64,000 nt of DNA from Candidatus Vogelbacteria bacterium RIFOXYD1_FULL_44_32. Its GTDB lineage: Bacteria > Patescibacteriota > Minisyncoccia > Phycocordibacterales > XYD1-FULL-46-19. Position 1 is the first letter of the stretch. Every line of letters begins with the position of its first letter. Where the stretch lies: the NCBI GenBank assembly GCA_001823065.1, contig MHTJ01000003.1, positions 9,844-73,843 on the forward strand, written 5' to 3'. A program made the position numbers and the translations under genes. Positions 1 through 9,926 of this stretch are shown in pieces. Under the pieces are notes generated by a model. It made no database searches. It saw nothing but the letters and a program-made list of their open reading frames with translations, and was not told the origin of the DNA.

Positions 1-2
1 AC

Positions 3-758
3 GCGGAAGTTTTTGAAAAAATATTTTTTCCGACTTTTACCAAAGAGGATATGGTGGGCTTGGGTTTTGCCCAAATCTATTTATCACTGTCGATTGATGG
101 CATTGGGTCGAAGCCATTTTCCGCAGTGACTTTACCTCCGATTTTAAGTGCCGAGACTTCCAGTAAAGAGGAGGCGATTAGGCGGTCGCGGGCTCACTAT
201 ACACGGGCCCGGGAATTGGTGGAGAAAGAAATTATGGATATCCATATGCCAGCCACTAGTGGTAGCAATGTAGCCAAGTCGGTAAGTAGCAATTCTCCTA
301 GCCAAAATAATACTAGAAATAATAATTTTTCAGCTTCTAGTGACCGTCCAAAAAGGGACCTACCGCCACCACCGCCAGCCCGCCCGAGCCCAAAACCAGT
401 TATCTCTAAACCCGAACCACCAAAAAGTGCGCCGGCGGTTCCAGCTCCCACTTTGGTCAAGGCCGTCCCTTTGTCGGCCCGCCCAGTATCTTTGAGTGAC
501 CTACGGGCACAAACCGCCAAGGACCCGCAATCTAAAAGTAGTGAAGCTGGGCGCAGTGCGCTCCGGAGTGCTCTGGCCGAAATTATGAATGCGTCGAATA
601 AGTCAGCCGAACCTAAACCAGCTAAACCAAACATCCCTGAGGTTAAATCAGAGGCAAGGCTAATAAAACCAGAGCAAGTGGCAACGCCAACTAAACCTGC
701 TGTGGCTGAAGTCCCAGAAGATATCCTCCGTGGTATGCTTAATGTCGATGGTAAGTAA
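3..758 (+). CDS. 5'-truncated CDS (continues upstream of window); C-terminal Pro/Ala/Ser-rich low-complexity tail (PPPPARPSPKPVISKPEPPKSAPAVPAP)
   Basis: The open frame runs from position 3 with no stop until 756-758. There is a proline-rich repetitive C-terminus but no recognisable catalytic motif. Confidence 0.45.
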   Translation, partial: AEVFEKIFFPTFTKEDMVGLGFAQIYLSLSIDGIGSKPFSAVTLPPILSAETSSKEEAIRRSRAHYTRARELVEKEIMDIHMPATSGSNVAKSVSSNSPSQNNTRNNNFSASSDRPKRDLPPPPPARPSPKPVISKPEPPKSAPAVPAPTLVKAVPLSARPVSLSDLRAQTAKDPQSKSSEAGRSALRSALAEIMNASNKSAEPKPAKPNIPEVKSEARLIKPEQVATPTKPAVAEVPEDILRGMLNVDGK

Positions 759-1866
759 TAGACCAAAAATATTAATTTTCTCCACCGCTTATTTGCCTTT
801 AATTGGCGGAGCGGAGATAGCGATTAAAGAAATCACTGACCGTTGGCCGGATTGTGATTTTGATTTAGTGACGGCTAAACTTAGACCTGGTTTGCCGAGC
901 TTGGAAAAAATCGGGGCGGTGACAGTTTATCGGTTGGGTTTTGGTTGGTCATTAGATAAATTTTGGTTGGCGGTAGTGGGCGCCGCTTTTGCCAGTAAAT
1001 TGCACCGTCAAAATAACTATGATGTAGTGTGGGCCATGATGGCTAGCTTCGGTGGTTTGGCAGCCGTTTTGTTTAAGCAGAAATTTCCAGCCGTAAAATA
1101 TTTATTATCTTTGCAAGAAGGAGATGAACTGTCGCGACCAACCAAGAAAGCTTTTTTAATAAAAAAATGGTGGAGTAATATTTTTAAACTGGCCGATATT
1201 ATTCAAGTGATATCTAGTTATTTGGCAGAGTGGGCTAAGACAGAAAACCCGTCCGCTAAGGTGATGGTTATTCCCAATGGGGTTGATCTGGCTGGCTATA
1301 ATTTTAGGCCAAAAACTTGGTCGCTAGGCGCTAAAAAATTGGTCACCACTTCGCGCCTGGCTCATAAAAACGGACTTGATTTGGTGATTAAAGCTTTGCC
1401 TTTACTGCCAGCGGACATTACTTTTCATATTGCGGGCATGGGTGAGGAAGAAAATAAATTGCGGGGGTTGGCTACAAAATTAGGAGTGGCTGACCGCGTG
1501 ATATTCCACGGTTTAGTAGCGAGAGAAAATTTACCCAGCTTTTTAATGGCCGGGGATATTTTTATTCGCCCTTCCCGCTCGGAGGGTTTGGGCAATTCTT
1601 TTTTGGAGGCCATGGCGGTGGGTTTGCCGATTGTGGCCCCTTTGGTTGGAGGTATCACTGACTTTCTAGTAGACAAAGAGACGGGCTTTGTTATCAAGCC
1701 TGAAAGTCCCGCGTCGATTGCCGAAGTGGTCAAATATGTGTTAGAGGAGGAGAATAAGACAGAGGTTTTAGGGGTCACCCAAACCGCGCGCGAGCTAGTC
1801 GTGGACCGTTTTGACTGGACCAAAATTAGTCAACAATTTAGAGAATTATTTGAATCTATTATATGA
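742..1866 (+). CDS. GT4 family glycosyltransferase
   Basis: Shows the GT4/GT-B C-terminal motif EGLGNSFLEAMAVGLPIVAPLVGGITDFLVDKETGFV and starts with KILIFST. Its start (ATG 742 or 748) overlaps the stop of the upstream gene. Confidence 0.85.
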   Translation: MSMVSNRPKILIFSTAYLPLIGGAEIAIKEITDRWPDCDFDLVTAKLRPGLPSLEKIGAVTVYRLGFGWSLDKFWLAVVGAAFASKLHRQNNYDVVWAMMASFGGLAAVLFKQKFPAVKYLLSLQEGDELSRPTKKAFLIKKWWSNIFKLADIIQVISSYLAEWAKTENPSAKVMVIPNGVDLAGYNFRPKTWSLGAKKLVTTSRLAHKNGLDLVIKALPLLPADITFHIAGMGEEENKLRGLATKLGVADRVIFHGLVARENLPSFLMAGDIFIRPSRSEGLGNSFLEAMAVGLPIVAPLVGGITDFLVDKETGFVIKPESPASIAEVVKYVLEEENKTEVLGVTQTARELVVDRFDWTKISQQFRELFESII

Positions 1867-2876
1867 AAATCGTCATTGCGACTCCACTTTACCCACCAGA
1901 GGTGGGTGGTCCAGCGTATTATGCCTTTAATTTGGAACAGGCGCTGGTCGCCCAAGGGGTGAAGGTGCGGGTAATATCATATCGCTTCGAGAGGAAATTA
2001 CCACCCGGCCTTAGACATATCTTATTTTTTCTTCGTTCTCTGACCGTGGTACCAGGGTCAGATGGGATAATTGTTCTCGATACTTTTAGTGTTGGCTTGC
2101 CGGCGGGGTTGGCCGCCTTAATATTTCGGACGCCTATTATTGTGCGAGTGGGTGGGGATTTTTTATGGGAACAATATGTGGCCCGCCGGCAAGAGGCCAC
2201 AACGCTGAGTTCTTTTTACCTGGCTCCACGTTTTTTTACGATTAAAGAGAAAATAATTTTTAAATTAACTAAGATTTTTTTACACTGGGCGACGGTAATT
2301 GTCTTTAGCACTAAGTGGCAGGCCGATATTTGGCAACAGCCATATAATATTAGCCCGGCTAAAATAAAATATATTGAAAATTTTTATGGCCACAAAAAAA
2401 ATACTTCACCCCGGCCCTATCCCCAGGATTTTATTTTAGTCTGGGCGGGGCGTGATATTTTTCTAAAAAATTTAACACTACTGCAAGAAGCCTTCGCTTT
2501 AGCCCAAGTCGAACAACCGGCCTTGAAACTGCAAATTGTTACAAATGTCAGGCAAGCGGAACTTTTTCAAGTATTAGACAAAGCCTCGGCCCTTATTTTG
2601 CCTTCATTATCCGATATTAGTCCAAACATTGTTCTGGAAGGTTTGATGTTTAATCTGCCAATGATTGTTACAAAAGAGATGGGCCTTAAAGACCGACTAC
2701 AGGATACGGTTTTATATATTGACTCTTTAGATATTTCCGATATTAAAGAAAAAATATTGCTTCTCGCTAGCCGGGCGGGGTATGAGCAGGGGGCTAAGGC
2801 CGCGGCTAATTTTAGCTTTACCCACAGTTATGAAGCGATCGCCGAGGAGTTTATAAATTTATTTTCCAAATTATGA
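1863..2876 (+). CDS. glycosyltransferase (GT4-like, GT-B fold)
   Basis: N-terminus MKIVIATPLYPPEVGGPAYYAFNL is typical of GT4 enzymes. The ATGA start/stop overlap with its neighbours indicates an operon. Confidence 0.7.
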   Translation: MKIVIATPLYPPEVGGPAYYAFNLEQALVAQGVKVRVISYRFERKLPPGLRHILFFLRSLTVVPGSDGIIVLDTFSVGLPAGLAALIFRTPIIVRVGGDFLWEQYVARRQEATTLSSFYLAPRFFTIKEKIIFKLTKIFLHWATVIVFSTKWQADIWQQPYNISPAKIKYIENFYGHKKNTSPRPYPQDFILVWAGRDIFLKNLTLLQEAFALAQVEQPALKLQIVTNVRQAELFQVLDKASALILPSLSDISPNIVLEGLMFNLPMIVTKEMGLKDRLQDTVLYIDSLDISDIKEKILLLASRAGYEQGAKAAANFSFTHSYEAIAEEFINLFSKL

Positions 2877-3943
2877 AGGTGTTAAGTTTAGGATTGGATA
2901 ATAGTGTTTTAAACCAAGCTTCCAAAGTAGCTGATCGCTTGCGTCGCTTTGAAGGTCTAGTCGCTAAATATGTTGTGATTGTGCCTAGTTATAAATCTAG
3001 ATTTATTGAACTGGCGCCCACTATTCACATCTATGGTGTATCAGGTTTTGGTAAAGTCGGTCAATTGTGGCAAATATATCGTTTGGCCAATAAATTGGTC
3101 AAAACCGAGGGTTATAATATTTTAACCGTGCAAGATACTTATTATTTGGCTCTAGTGGGTTGGCTGATTGCTAAAAAAAATAAGCTTCCGCTTGAGATTC
3201 AGGTTCATGGATTTGAAAAGGAAAATTATTTGCGCCAATTGGTGGCCCGGTTTGTGCTAAAAAAGGCGCAGGTGGTACGAGTGGTTAGTGGGCGCTTAAA
3301 GTATGAAGTGTGCCGAGATTATAATTTAAATTTAGAGCAAGTTTATATTCTACCAATTTTCCCGCCACTTTTAGCTGGCCCGTTACCGAAATCAGATTAC
3401 AATATTGGTCAGCGGTTTATGTTTTTAGCAGTTGGTCGCTTGGTACCGATTAAACGTTTTGATTTACAATTGCGGGCGGTCGCCCAATTGGCCTTGCGTC
3501 ATAGTAATTTTGAACTTTGTATTGTGGGTGATGGTCCAGAGAGAGTTAAACTAGAAACTTTGGCTGTTAATCTTGGCATCAGAAATTTGGTCGAATTTTG
3601 TGGCCACCAATCTCCGTTTTATTTTTATCACAAAGCCGATGTATTTCTTTTAACCTCTGACCGTGAAGGATGGGGGATGGTGGCGATTGAAGCGGCGGCG
3701 GCTGGCTTACCAATTATTATGACTGATGTCGGCTTGGCTGGAGAGGTGTTGCATGGTAATAAAGAGGCCCTTATTATTCCCACTGGCGATGAGGAAGCGT
3801 TGGTTGAAGCGATGGCCAATTTAATGACTGATGATAAATTGCGCTGTAGTTTGGGGACCAATGCGACCAAAGCTATCGCCAAGCTTCCCGCTGGTGATAA
3901 AGTTGCCAGTCTTTACATTAAGGAGTGGAAAAAGCTATTATAA
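2873..3943 (+). CDS. GT4 family glycosyltransferase
   Basis: Motif EGWGMVAIEAAAAGLPIIMTDVGLAGEVL is present. It is translationally coupled to the upstream gene. Confidence 0.85.
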   Translation: MKVLSLGLDNSVLNQASKVADRLRRFEGLVAKYVVIVPSYKSRFIELAPTIHIYGVSGFGKVGQLWQIYRLANKLVKTEGYNILTVQDTYYLALVGWLIAKKNKLPLEIQVHGFEKENYLRQLVARFVLKKAQVVRVVSGRLKYEVCRDYNLNLEQVYILPIFPPLLAGPLPKSDYNIGQRFMFLAVGRLVPIKRFDLQLRAVAQLALRHSNFELCIVGDGPERVKLETLAVNLGIRNLVEFCGHQSPFYFYHKADVFLLTSDREGWGMVAIEAAAAGLPIIMTDVGLAGEVLHGNKEALIIPTGDEEALVEAMANLMTDDKLRCSLGTNATKAIAKLPAGDKVASLYIKEWKKLL

Positions 3944-3948
3944 AAGCT

Positions 3949-4806
3949 ATGAATTTTTCTATCGGCTTTATTGGTCAAGGTTGGATTGGCAAAAATTATG
4001 CCGATGATTTTGAAAATCGGGGATTTTCGGTTGTCCGTTATGGTTTAGAACCGAAATTTGCTGCCAATAAAGATAAAATCAAGGATTGTGACATTGTTTT
4101 TATTGCAGTGCCTACCCCCACTACGCCCACAGGTTTTGATGATTCGATTGTCCGTCAGGTGGTAGGGTTGGTTGGAGCGGGGAAAATTGCGGTTATCAAA
4201 TCAACCGTCAAGCCCGGAACAACCGAATCAATCCAAGCTGATTACCCAAATGTTTTAGTTTTACATTCGCCGGAATTTTTGGTTGAATCATCGGCCGCTA
4301 TCAACGCCGCTAACCCGTTTAGTAATATTATTGGTTTACCTAAACAAACCAAAGAATACCAAGTGGCAGCCGAAGCGGTGCTCAAAGTTTTGCCCCAGGC
4401 GCCGTTTGTGCAAGTTTGTTCGGCCCAAGAAGCGGAATTATTTAAGTATTTACATAATGTTCATGGTTTTGTCGAAGTGATCTTAATGAATCTTTGTTAT
4501 GATTTGGCTGAAAAACTAGGGGCGCGTTGGGAAGTATTAAAAGACGCGATGCTGGCTGACCCGATGTTCTCCAATTATTATCGGGAACCAATTCATAAAA
4601 GTGGCCGGGGGGCGGGGGGTCATTGCTTTATTAAAGACTTTGCGACTTTTCGTGATTTACACCGCAACTTGGTTGCGACTGATACCATCGGCCAGCAGAT
4701 TTTAACGGCTCTGGAAGCCAAAAATATTGAGCTACTTAGCCAATCGGGCAAAGACTTGGATTTGTTACAGGGTGTCTATGGGCCCCGTCATGAAAAAAGT
4801 GACTAG
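3949..4806 (+). CDS. short UDP-glucose/GDP-mannose dehydrogenase-family protein (N-terminal NAD-binding plus central catalytic domain only)
   Basis: Rossmann motif IGFIGQGWIG, the FIAVPTPT motif and the catalytic-Cys motif GRGAGGHCFIKD (GGxCxxKD) are present. At ~286 aa it appears to lack the C-terminal UDP-binding domain. Confidence 0.55.
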   Translation: MNFSIGFIGQGWIGKNYADDFENRGFSVVRYGLEPKFAANKDKIKDCDIVFIAVPTPTTPTGFDDSIVRQVVGLVGAGKIAVIKSTVKPGTTESIQADYPNVLVLHSPEFLVESSAAINAANPFSNIIGLPKQTKEYQVAAEAVLKVLPQAPFVQVCSAQEAELFKYLHNVHGFVEVILMNLCYDLAEKLGARWEVLKDAMLADPMFSNYYREPIHKSGRGAGGHCFIKDFATFRDLHRNLVATDTIGQQILTALEAKNIELLSQSGKDLDLLQGVYGPRHEKSD

Positions 4807-4820
4807 GTTTGTCTTGTGTT

Positions 4821-5876
4821 ATGCGACTTTTAATTATTACTCAAAAAGTTGATAGTAGCGACCCAATTCTGGGATTTTTTCACCAGTGGATTTTAGCACT
4901 GGCTAAGCATTTTTCCACAGTGATTGTTATTTGTCTCGAACGGGGTGAATATAATTTGCCCGCCCAGGTGCGAGTTTTATCGCTGGGTAAAGAAGCCAAT
5001 CAATCTCGCTGGCAATACCTGACTCGCTTTTACCGGTATATTTGGCAGGAGCGTAAAAATTATGATGTGGTTTTTGTGCATATGAATCCAGAGTATATAG
5101 TTTTAGGCGGTTGGCTGTGGCGGGTGATGGGTAAAAAGGTTGCTCTCTGGTACGCTCATGGGGCGGTTGGTTGGTCGCTTTGGTGGGCAATCTTTTTTAC
5201 CCATATTGTTTTTACTTCGACTGAATCAGGATTAAAAATAAAAACGCGGAAAAAAAATATTGTTGGACAGGGGATTGACACAAACTATTTTACCTTTGTG
5301 CCACGTCAGCGGGGGCGAGTCTTGCGCTTAGTCGCTGTTGGCCGACTAGCTCGGTCTAAAGACTGCCTTTTTATGGTTAAAGTTGTCGAGACTTTAAAAA
5401 ATAATGGGCAGGCGGTTTGTCTTACTATTGTGGGCGGGGCGGTGACAGCCGCTGACCGTCTTTATCAAGCAGAAATCGAGCGTTATATCACAGAGCATAA
5501 ATTAGCACCGGAAATCAATTTGACCGGGCCGGTTACAAGTGCGGGTGTGCGTGATTTTCTCTCTACTGCCGATATTATGCTATCGGCCAGCCATAATGGC
5601 AGTTTAGATAAGACAATTGTGGAAGCGTTGGCCACTGGTTTACCGGTGGTCACTTCCAATGAATCAGGACGGGCCCTTTTGGCTGAAAATTTTCCGGAAT
5701 GTGTTTATTCCGCGGGTGCACTTGATGAAGCTATTGAGCGTTTGCAGTATATCTTTGCTTTGTCTGATGGGGAATATTTTAAACTAGGGCAACGTTTGTC
5801 AGCTTTAGTCGAAAAAGAACACAGTTTACCGCGACTCATAAACGAAAAAATTGTCCCTTTAATAAGGGAAATATAG
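4821..5876 (+). CDS. GT4 family glycosyltransferase
   Basis: Motif KTIVEALATGLPVVTSNESG and N-terminus MRLLIITQKVD. The ORF track used an alternative TTG start at 4809. Confidence 0.8.
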   Translation: MRLLIITQKVDSSDPILGFFHQWILALAKHFSTVIVICLERGEYNLPAQVRVLSLGKEANQSRWQYLTRFYRYIWQERKNYDVVFVHMNPEYIVLGGWLWRVMGKKVALWYAHGAVGWSLWWAIFFTHIVFTSTESGLKIKTRKKNIVGQGIDTNYFTFVPRQRGRVLRLVAVGRLARSKDCLFMVKVVETLKNNGQAVCLTIVGGAVTAADRLYQAEIERYITEHKLAPEINLTGPVTSAGVRDFLSTADIMLSASHNGSLDKTIVEALATGLPVVTSNESGRALLAENFPECVYSAGALDEAIERLQYIFALSDGEYFKLGQRLSALVEKEHSLPRLINEKIVPLIREI

Positions 5877-5879
5877 CTA

Positions 5880-7151
5880 TTGCTGGCCCTTGCTCAATAT
5901 TCTAATAATTTAAAAATTGACTCGCTAAATATTATACCTATGCTCCATACTGATAATACTCATCGTCCCCTCATTTTTATTGTCAATTGCGATTGGCGTG
6001 ATATTTTTCGGACAGCCCCGGCAGAGTTTGAGGCCAAAATTAAGCGGGATCACCTAGGTTTAGACCAAAACGATTTCTTTTATTTGTCATTTGCTCATAT
6101 TAACTATAATCTAACAGTTAAAAATTTTTCGACTCGGCATCTCAAGACTTATTTAGGGTTTATCAAACCCTGGCTTGACTTGAAGGCGCTCTGGGCAGTT
6201 CCTTTGACAATTTATCGGTACCACTTGCGTCCTACTGTTTGGCTAGCTTACGATTTTGGTTCTTTGCCTGCCCTTTCCCTGGCGCGGGCAATTTGGGGAG
6301 GTACTATTGTTATGGTCCTGACCAATCAGCCCCGATTTTATTCGAGCACGAGACAATTTGGTGCCTTTAAATCTGTCTATTCGTTTTTCCTCGAGCGACT
6401 TTTTTCCGGTTTGCCGAATTATTTTATGACTATTAATGAGACGATGAAATCATATCTACTTGATTTGCAGGTGCCAGCGCATAAAATAAAAATATTTTCG
6501 ACTGATACTATCAACCGCGATCAGGTCTGGCTTAAACAAGCAAGGTCGGGTCGAGTGCGAGCTAAATTGGGTTTATCTTCAACTGCTAAAATAGTGCTTT
6601 CGGTTGGCCGACTTGAGCCAGAAAAAAATTTTTCCGAGCTGATTACTCTTTTTGCTACTTTGCCGGCTGATTATGTATTGATTATTCTAGGTCAAGGGCG
6701 CATGTTAGCAAGTTTACAGGCGGAGATTAAGGCTAAAAATCTAGAGGGACGAGTTTTTTTCCCGGGTTTTGTCAGTCGCGAAGATATATGGAACTATTAT
6801 CTTGATGCCAATGTTTTTGTTCTTTTGTCTAAAGCCGAGGCCCTAGGGATGGTTTTTTGGGAGGCGATGTATCTAGGAGTACCAGTTATTGGCAGTACTG
6901 CTTCGGGAATAGTGGAAACAATTGGTGCTGATTTTGATCGGGGTCGTCTGTGGCAGACCGAAGACAAAGTCGAGGTTTTCAAAGAGAAAATATTTTCTTG
7001 TGTTGAGGCTAGCACGGCCAAAGACGCGATGTGTGCCCGGGCCAAGGCTTATGTTGAAGTTAAAATCAAAAATAGTGTAACTCTAAATGATATTATTGAT
7101 ATGAGCCATAATGAGAAAAAAATTTCTGGCCAAAGCTTGCTCTCTGATTAA
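5880..7151 (+). CDS. GT4 family glycosyltransferase
   Basis: C-terminal motif EALGMVFWEAMYLGVPVIGSTASGIVETI. The start is uncertain (TTG 5880, or ATG 5940). Confidence 0.75.
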   Translation: MLALAQYSNNLKIDSLNIIPMLHTDNTHRPLIFIVNCDWRDIFRTAPAEFEAKIKRDHLGLDQNDFFYLSFAHINYNLTVKNFSTRHLKTYLGFIKPWLDLKALWAVPLTIYRYHLRPTVWLAYDFGSLPALSLARAIWGGTIVMVLTNQPRFYSSTRQFGAFKSVYSFFLERLFSGLPNYFMTINETMKSYLLDLQVPAHKIKIFSTDTINRDQVWLKQARSGRVRAKLGLSSTAKIVLSVGRLEPEKNFSELITLFATLPADYVLIILGQGRMLASLQAEIKAKNLEGRVFFPGFVSREDIWNYYLDANVFVLLSKAEALGMVFWEAMYLGVPVIGSTASGIVETIGADFDRGRLWQTEDKVEVFKEKIFSCVEASTAKDAMCARAKAYVEVKIKNSVTLNDIIDMSHNEKKISGQSLLSD

Positions 7152-7172
7152 ATACCTTTTATTATGTAAATC

Positions 7173-7829
7173 ATGACAGAAATCTTGGAAAAAATATATA
7201 CGACTCGTCACGACCATAAAGACGCCTTGGGTGGGGGGTCGAGTGGGTTTGAGGCCGAACGGGTAGCTCTTTTTGTTAGCTTGATTGGTAGTGGGAAACG
7301 GGTGCTTGATTTGGGTTGTCGTGACGGTCGAATCGCTCGTCATCTACTGGCTAGTGGTAATGAGGTGGTTGGTTTTGATGTTGATTCCAATGCTCTTAAA
7401 CGTTGCCCACCGGGGATGGTAACCGAATGGAAGGATTTGAATGATGATTGGCACCGCGGGTATGAAGGTCAGTTTGATGTTGTGGTTGCTTCAGAAGTGA
7501 TTGAACATATTTACTATGCTGACCGGACTGTGGCGAAAATTGTAGCTGTTCTAAAACCAGGTGGGGTGTTTATCGGTTCGGTGCCCAATGCATTTAATAT
7601 CAAAAATCGTTTACGCTTATTGTTTGGGCAAATCCAAAATACACCCTTGGCCGAGCCGACACATATCAATCACTTTTCGTATCAATCTCTTACTAGACTT
7701 TTAGCCCAACAATTTGCCGCCGTTTGGGTCAGTGGGATTGCCAGACCGCGCTGGCGTCTGGTGGCTAAATTGTTACCCGGTTTAGGGGGTTCACTTTTAG
7801 TATTTAAAGCTCAAAAACCGAAGAATTAG
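7173..7829 (+). CDS. class I SAM-dependent methyltransferase
   Basis: Motif I VLDLGCRDGRIARHL and a post-I acidic residue ...GFDVD. Confidence 0.8.
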   Translation: MTEILEKIYTTRHDHKDALGGGSSGFEAERVALFVSLIGSGKRVLDLGCRDGRIARHLLASGNEVVGFDVDSNALKRCPPGMVTEWKDLNDDWHRGYEGQFDVVVASEVIEHIYYADRTVAKIVAVLKPGGVFIGSVPNAFNIKNRLRLLFGQIQNTPLAEPTHINHFSYQSLTRLLAQQFAAVWVSGIARPRWRLVAKLLPGLGGSLLVFKAQKPKN

Positions 7830-8887
7830 TGAAGAAAATTTTATTTATAACCAGTGCTTCACTTGCCGATCTGAAACGAGGAACGCCGATTCGGATTTTT
7901 AACTTTGTTGAGCAGCTAAAAAAAGACCATCAAGTGTTGCTTTACGAGTCAGTGCCGACCAATCAGTTATTAAAACAACTGTGGCGGTTTTTGGTGATTG
8001 TTAAAAATGAGAAGCCAGACTTGGTGATGACTGCCACCGATGTCGATATTAGTTTGCCATTCTGGTTAAAAATTATAACCGGTGTCAAAATCGCGATTGA
8101 CCTACATGGTCTGGCCGCCGCGGAAATGTATTTTCATGGCCAAATGGGACAGATTAAGAGTTGGTTATTTCAGCGGAAAATAAGTTGGCAAATCCGTTGG
8201 TATGATCTAGTTTTTGTGGTTTCCCCTAAACTTATCGACTATTATGGGCACCGATTAAAACAGGGAGTGGTCGTGTATGGTGGTGTCACTACCAATGAAT
8301 TTTATCACGGTGCTATCAGGCCCCCAGCTGTTTTTACTATCGGCTATACTGGCAACTGCAATCCCTATCAAGGGGTAAACACTGTTCTCAATGTGGCTAG
8401 CCGTATTCGCCAGAAAAATTTATTTTCCTTTCGACTTAATTTAATTTTAAGTAATGGACGGGGTGAAATTGAAGATCAGCTTAAGGTTTTAGGTCTTTCA
8501 GATGTGACCGAGCTTCATTTTAAGGTGCCTCATGAGGAAGTACCGGCTTTAATTGCAGCTTCGGATGTTTTAGTTATTGCACGACCGAGTGTCCCAATGA
8601 CCGAATACGCCTACCCCTCAAAATTACCGGAATATTTGGCCACCGGTATTCCGGTGGTGACAACCCGAGTTGGTCCAGTGGAAGCTCTATTTCAGGATCA
8701 AAATTGTCTTATTATTATCTCGCCAGATCAGGTGGAGGTAGAGCTCGAGCAAGCCCTGGTCAAATTACAGGTTATGACGAGAGCTGAGCGCGAGATTTTA
8801 GGGTCACGGGCGGTGGCTTTTGTTCGTCAAAATTTGACTTGGGATGTCCTGGGTGCCACTATAAACAAAAATGTGGAAGCCCTGTGA
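7829..8887 (+). CDS. GT4 family glycosyltransferase
   Basis: Motif KLPEYLATGIPVVTTRVGPVEAL. A GTG start overlaps the previous stop (taGTG). Confidence 0.75.
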   Translation: MKKILFITSASLADLKRGTPIRIFNFVEQLKKDHQVLLYESVPTNQLLKQLWRFLVIVKNEKPDLVMTATDVDISLPFWLKIITGVKIAIDLHGLAAAEMYFHGQMGQIKSWLFQRKISWQIRWYDLVFVVSPKLIDYYGHRLKQGVVVYGGVTTNEFYHGAIRPPAVFTIGYTGNCNPYQGVNTVLNVASRIRQKNLFSFRLNLILSNGRGEIEDQLKVLGLSDVTELHFKVPHEEVPALIAASDVLVIARPSVPMTEYAYPSKLPEYLATGIPVVTTRVGPVEALFQDQNCLIIISPDQVEVELEQALVKLQVMTRAEREILGSRAVAFVRQNLTWDVLGATINKNVEAL

Positions 8888-9110
8888 TGACAAGTGGTAG
8901 TGTAAATTAATTATTGGCGTGCCGTAATACCCTGCGACTCGACCACAGGGATAAGAGGCACTAACGATAGGAGCGGCGGAGCCGCTACCTCTTCCAAAAA
9001 ACCAGCCCCGATGCTGTCCGCGTCATACCCCGTCCGCTTGCGGCGGGGAATCGACGGACAGACTGGTTTATTTGCTAGAGTATTTACCAATCTAATCTAT
9101 TTAGAAAAAT

Positions 9111-9926
9111 ATGGCAGTTACAGACAAAAAAGGCAGAGTAGCGGACAAAATCGCTTTAGTCACTGGTGGTGCGGATGGTATTGGCCTAGCGGTGGCCAAA
9201 CTTCTGGCCCAAGAAGGAGCCAAGGTAATAATTGCTGATATTAATGACGCGAAGGGGGTGCTCGCAGCGAAATTGGTGCGGGGGACTTTTCTACATTTAG
9301 ATGTATCTAATGAGGCGTCGTGGCAAGAAGCTAGTAATAAAATTAAAGCCAAATTTGGGCGGTTAAATATTTTAGTGAACAATGCTGGTATTCTGGGTCA
9401 GGGTGCCCAAGACCCAGAACATGTGACACTCGCCGATTGGCGAAAAATACACGCGATTAATCTTGATAGTGTTTTTTTGGGTTGTAAATATGCGATTGGT
9501 TTAATGAAAAAAAGCGGGGGTTCAATCGTCAATATGTCTTCCCGTTCCGGTATTGTGGGAGTGCCTTTTGCGGCCCCTTATGCCTCGACCAAGGCGGGAG
9601 TCAGAAATCATACTAAATCTGTGGCACTCTATTGTGCGGCGAAGAATTATCCCATCCGTTGTAATTCAGTCCATCCTGCTTCGATTATGACCGAGATGTG
9701 GAAGGCGATGCTTGGCACGGGTCAGACTTTTAAGAAAAATCTAAAACATCATAGCGAACACATACCAATGAAGCGTTTTGGTACAGTTCTCGAGGTGGCG
9801 CAAGCGGTTCTTTTTCTTGCTTCCGCTGAGTCTAGTTATACCACTGGTTCAGAACTTGTGGTGGATGGAGGGACTCTCGCCGGCACTCTAACCAGTCCAG
9901 ATACCAATATTAAGAAAAAGGTTTAA
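9111..9926 (+). CDS. SDR family NAD(P)-dependent oxidoreductase (3-oxoacyl-ACP-reductase-like)
   Basis: TGGxxGIG motif ALVTGGADGIGLAV, NNAG motif, and catalytic YASTK (YxxxK). Confidence 0.85.
   Translation: MAVTDKKGRVADKIALVTGGADGIGLAVAKLLAQEGAKVIIADINDAKGVLAAKLVRGTFLHLDVSNEASWQEASNKIKAKFGRLNILVNNAGILGQGAQDPEHVTLADWRKIHAINLDSVFLGCKYAIGLMKKSGGSIVNMSSRSGIVGVPFAAPYASTKAGVRNHTKSVALYCAAKNYPIRCNSVHPASIMTEMWKAMLGTGQTFKKNLKHHSEHIPMKRFGTVLEVAQAVLFLASAESSYTTGSELVVDGGTLAGTLTSPDTNIKKKV

Noticed and set aside
197-766. 189-aa minus-strand ORF antisense to the proline-rich 5' partial CDS
   Set aside because: It is an antisense shadow of GC-rich Pro/Ala codons. It has no start context and overlaps a better-supported gene.
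8990-9070. tmRNA-like 5' motif (GGGGAATCGACGG) in the 8.9-9.1 kb intergenic region
   Set aside because: No tRNA-like acceptor/T-arm or CCA 3' end was found. The available non-coding space (~200 nt) is too short for ssrA, and the match is limited to a short motif.
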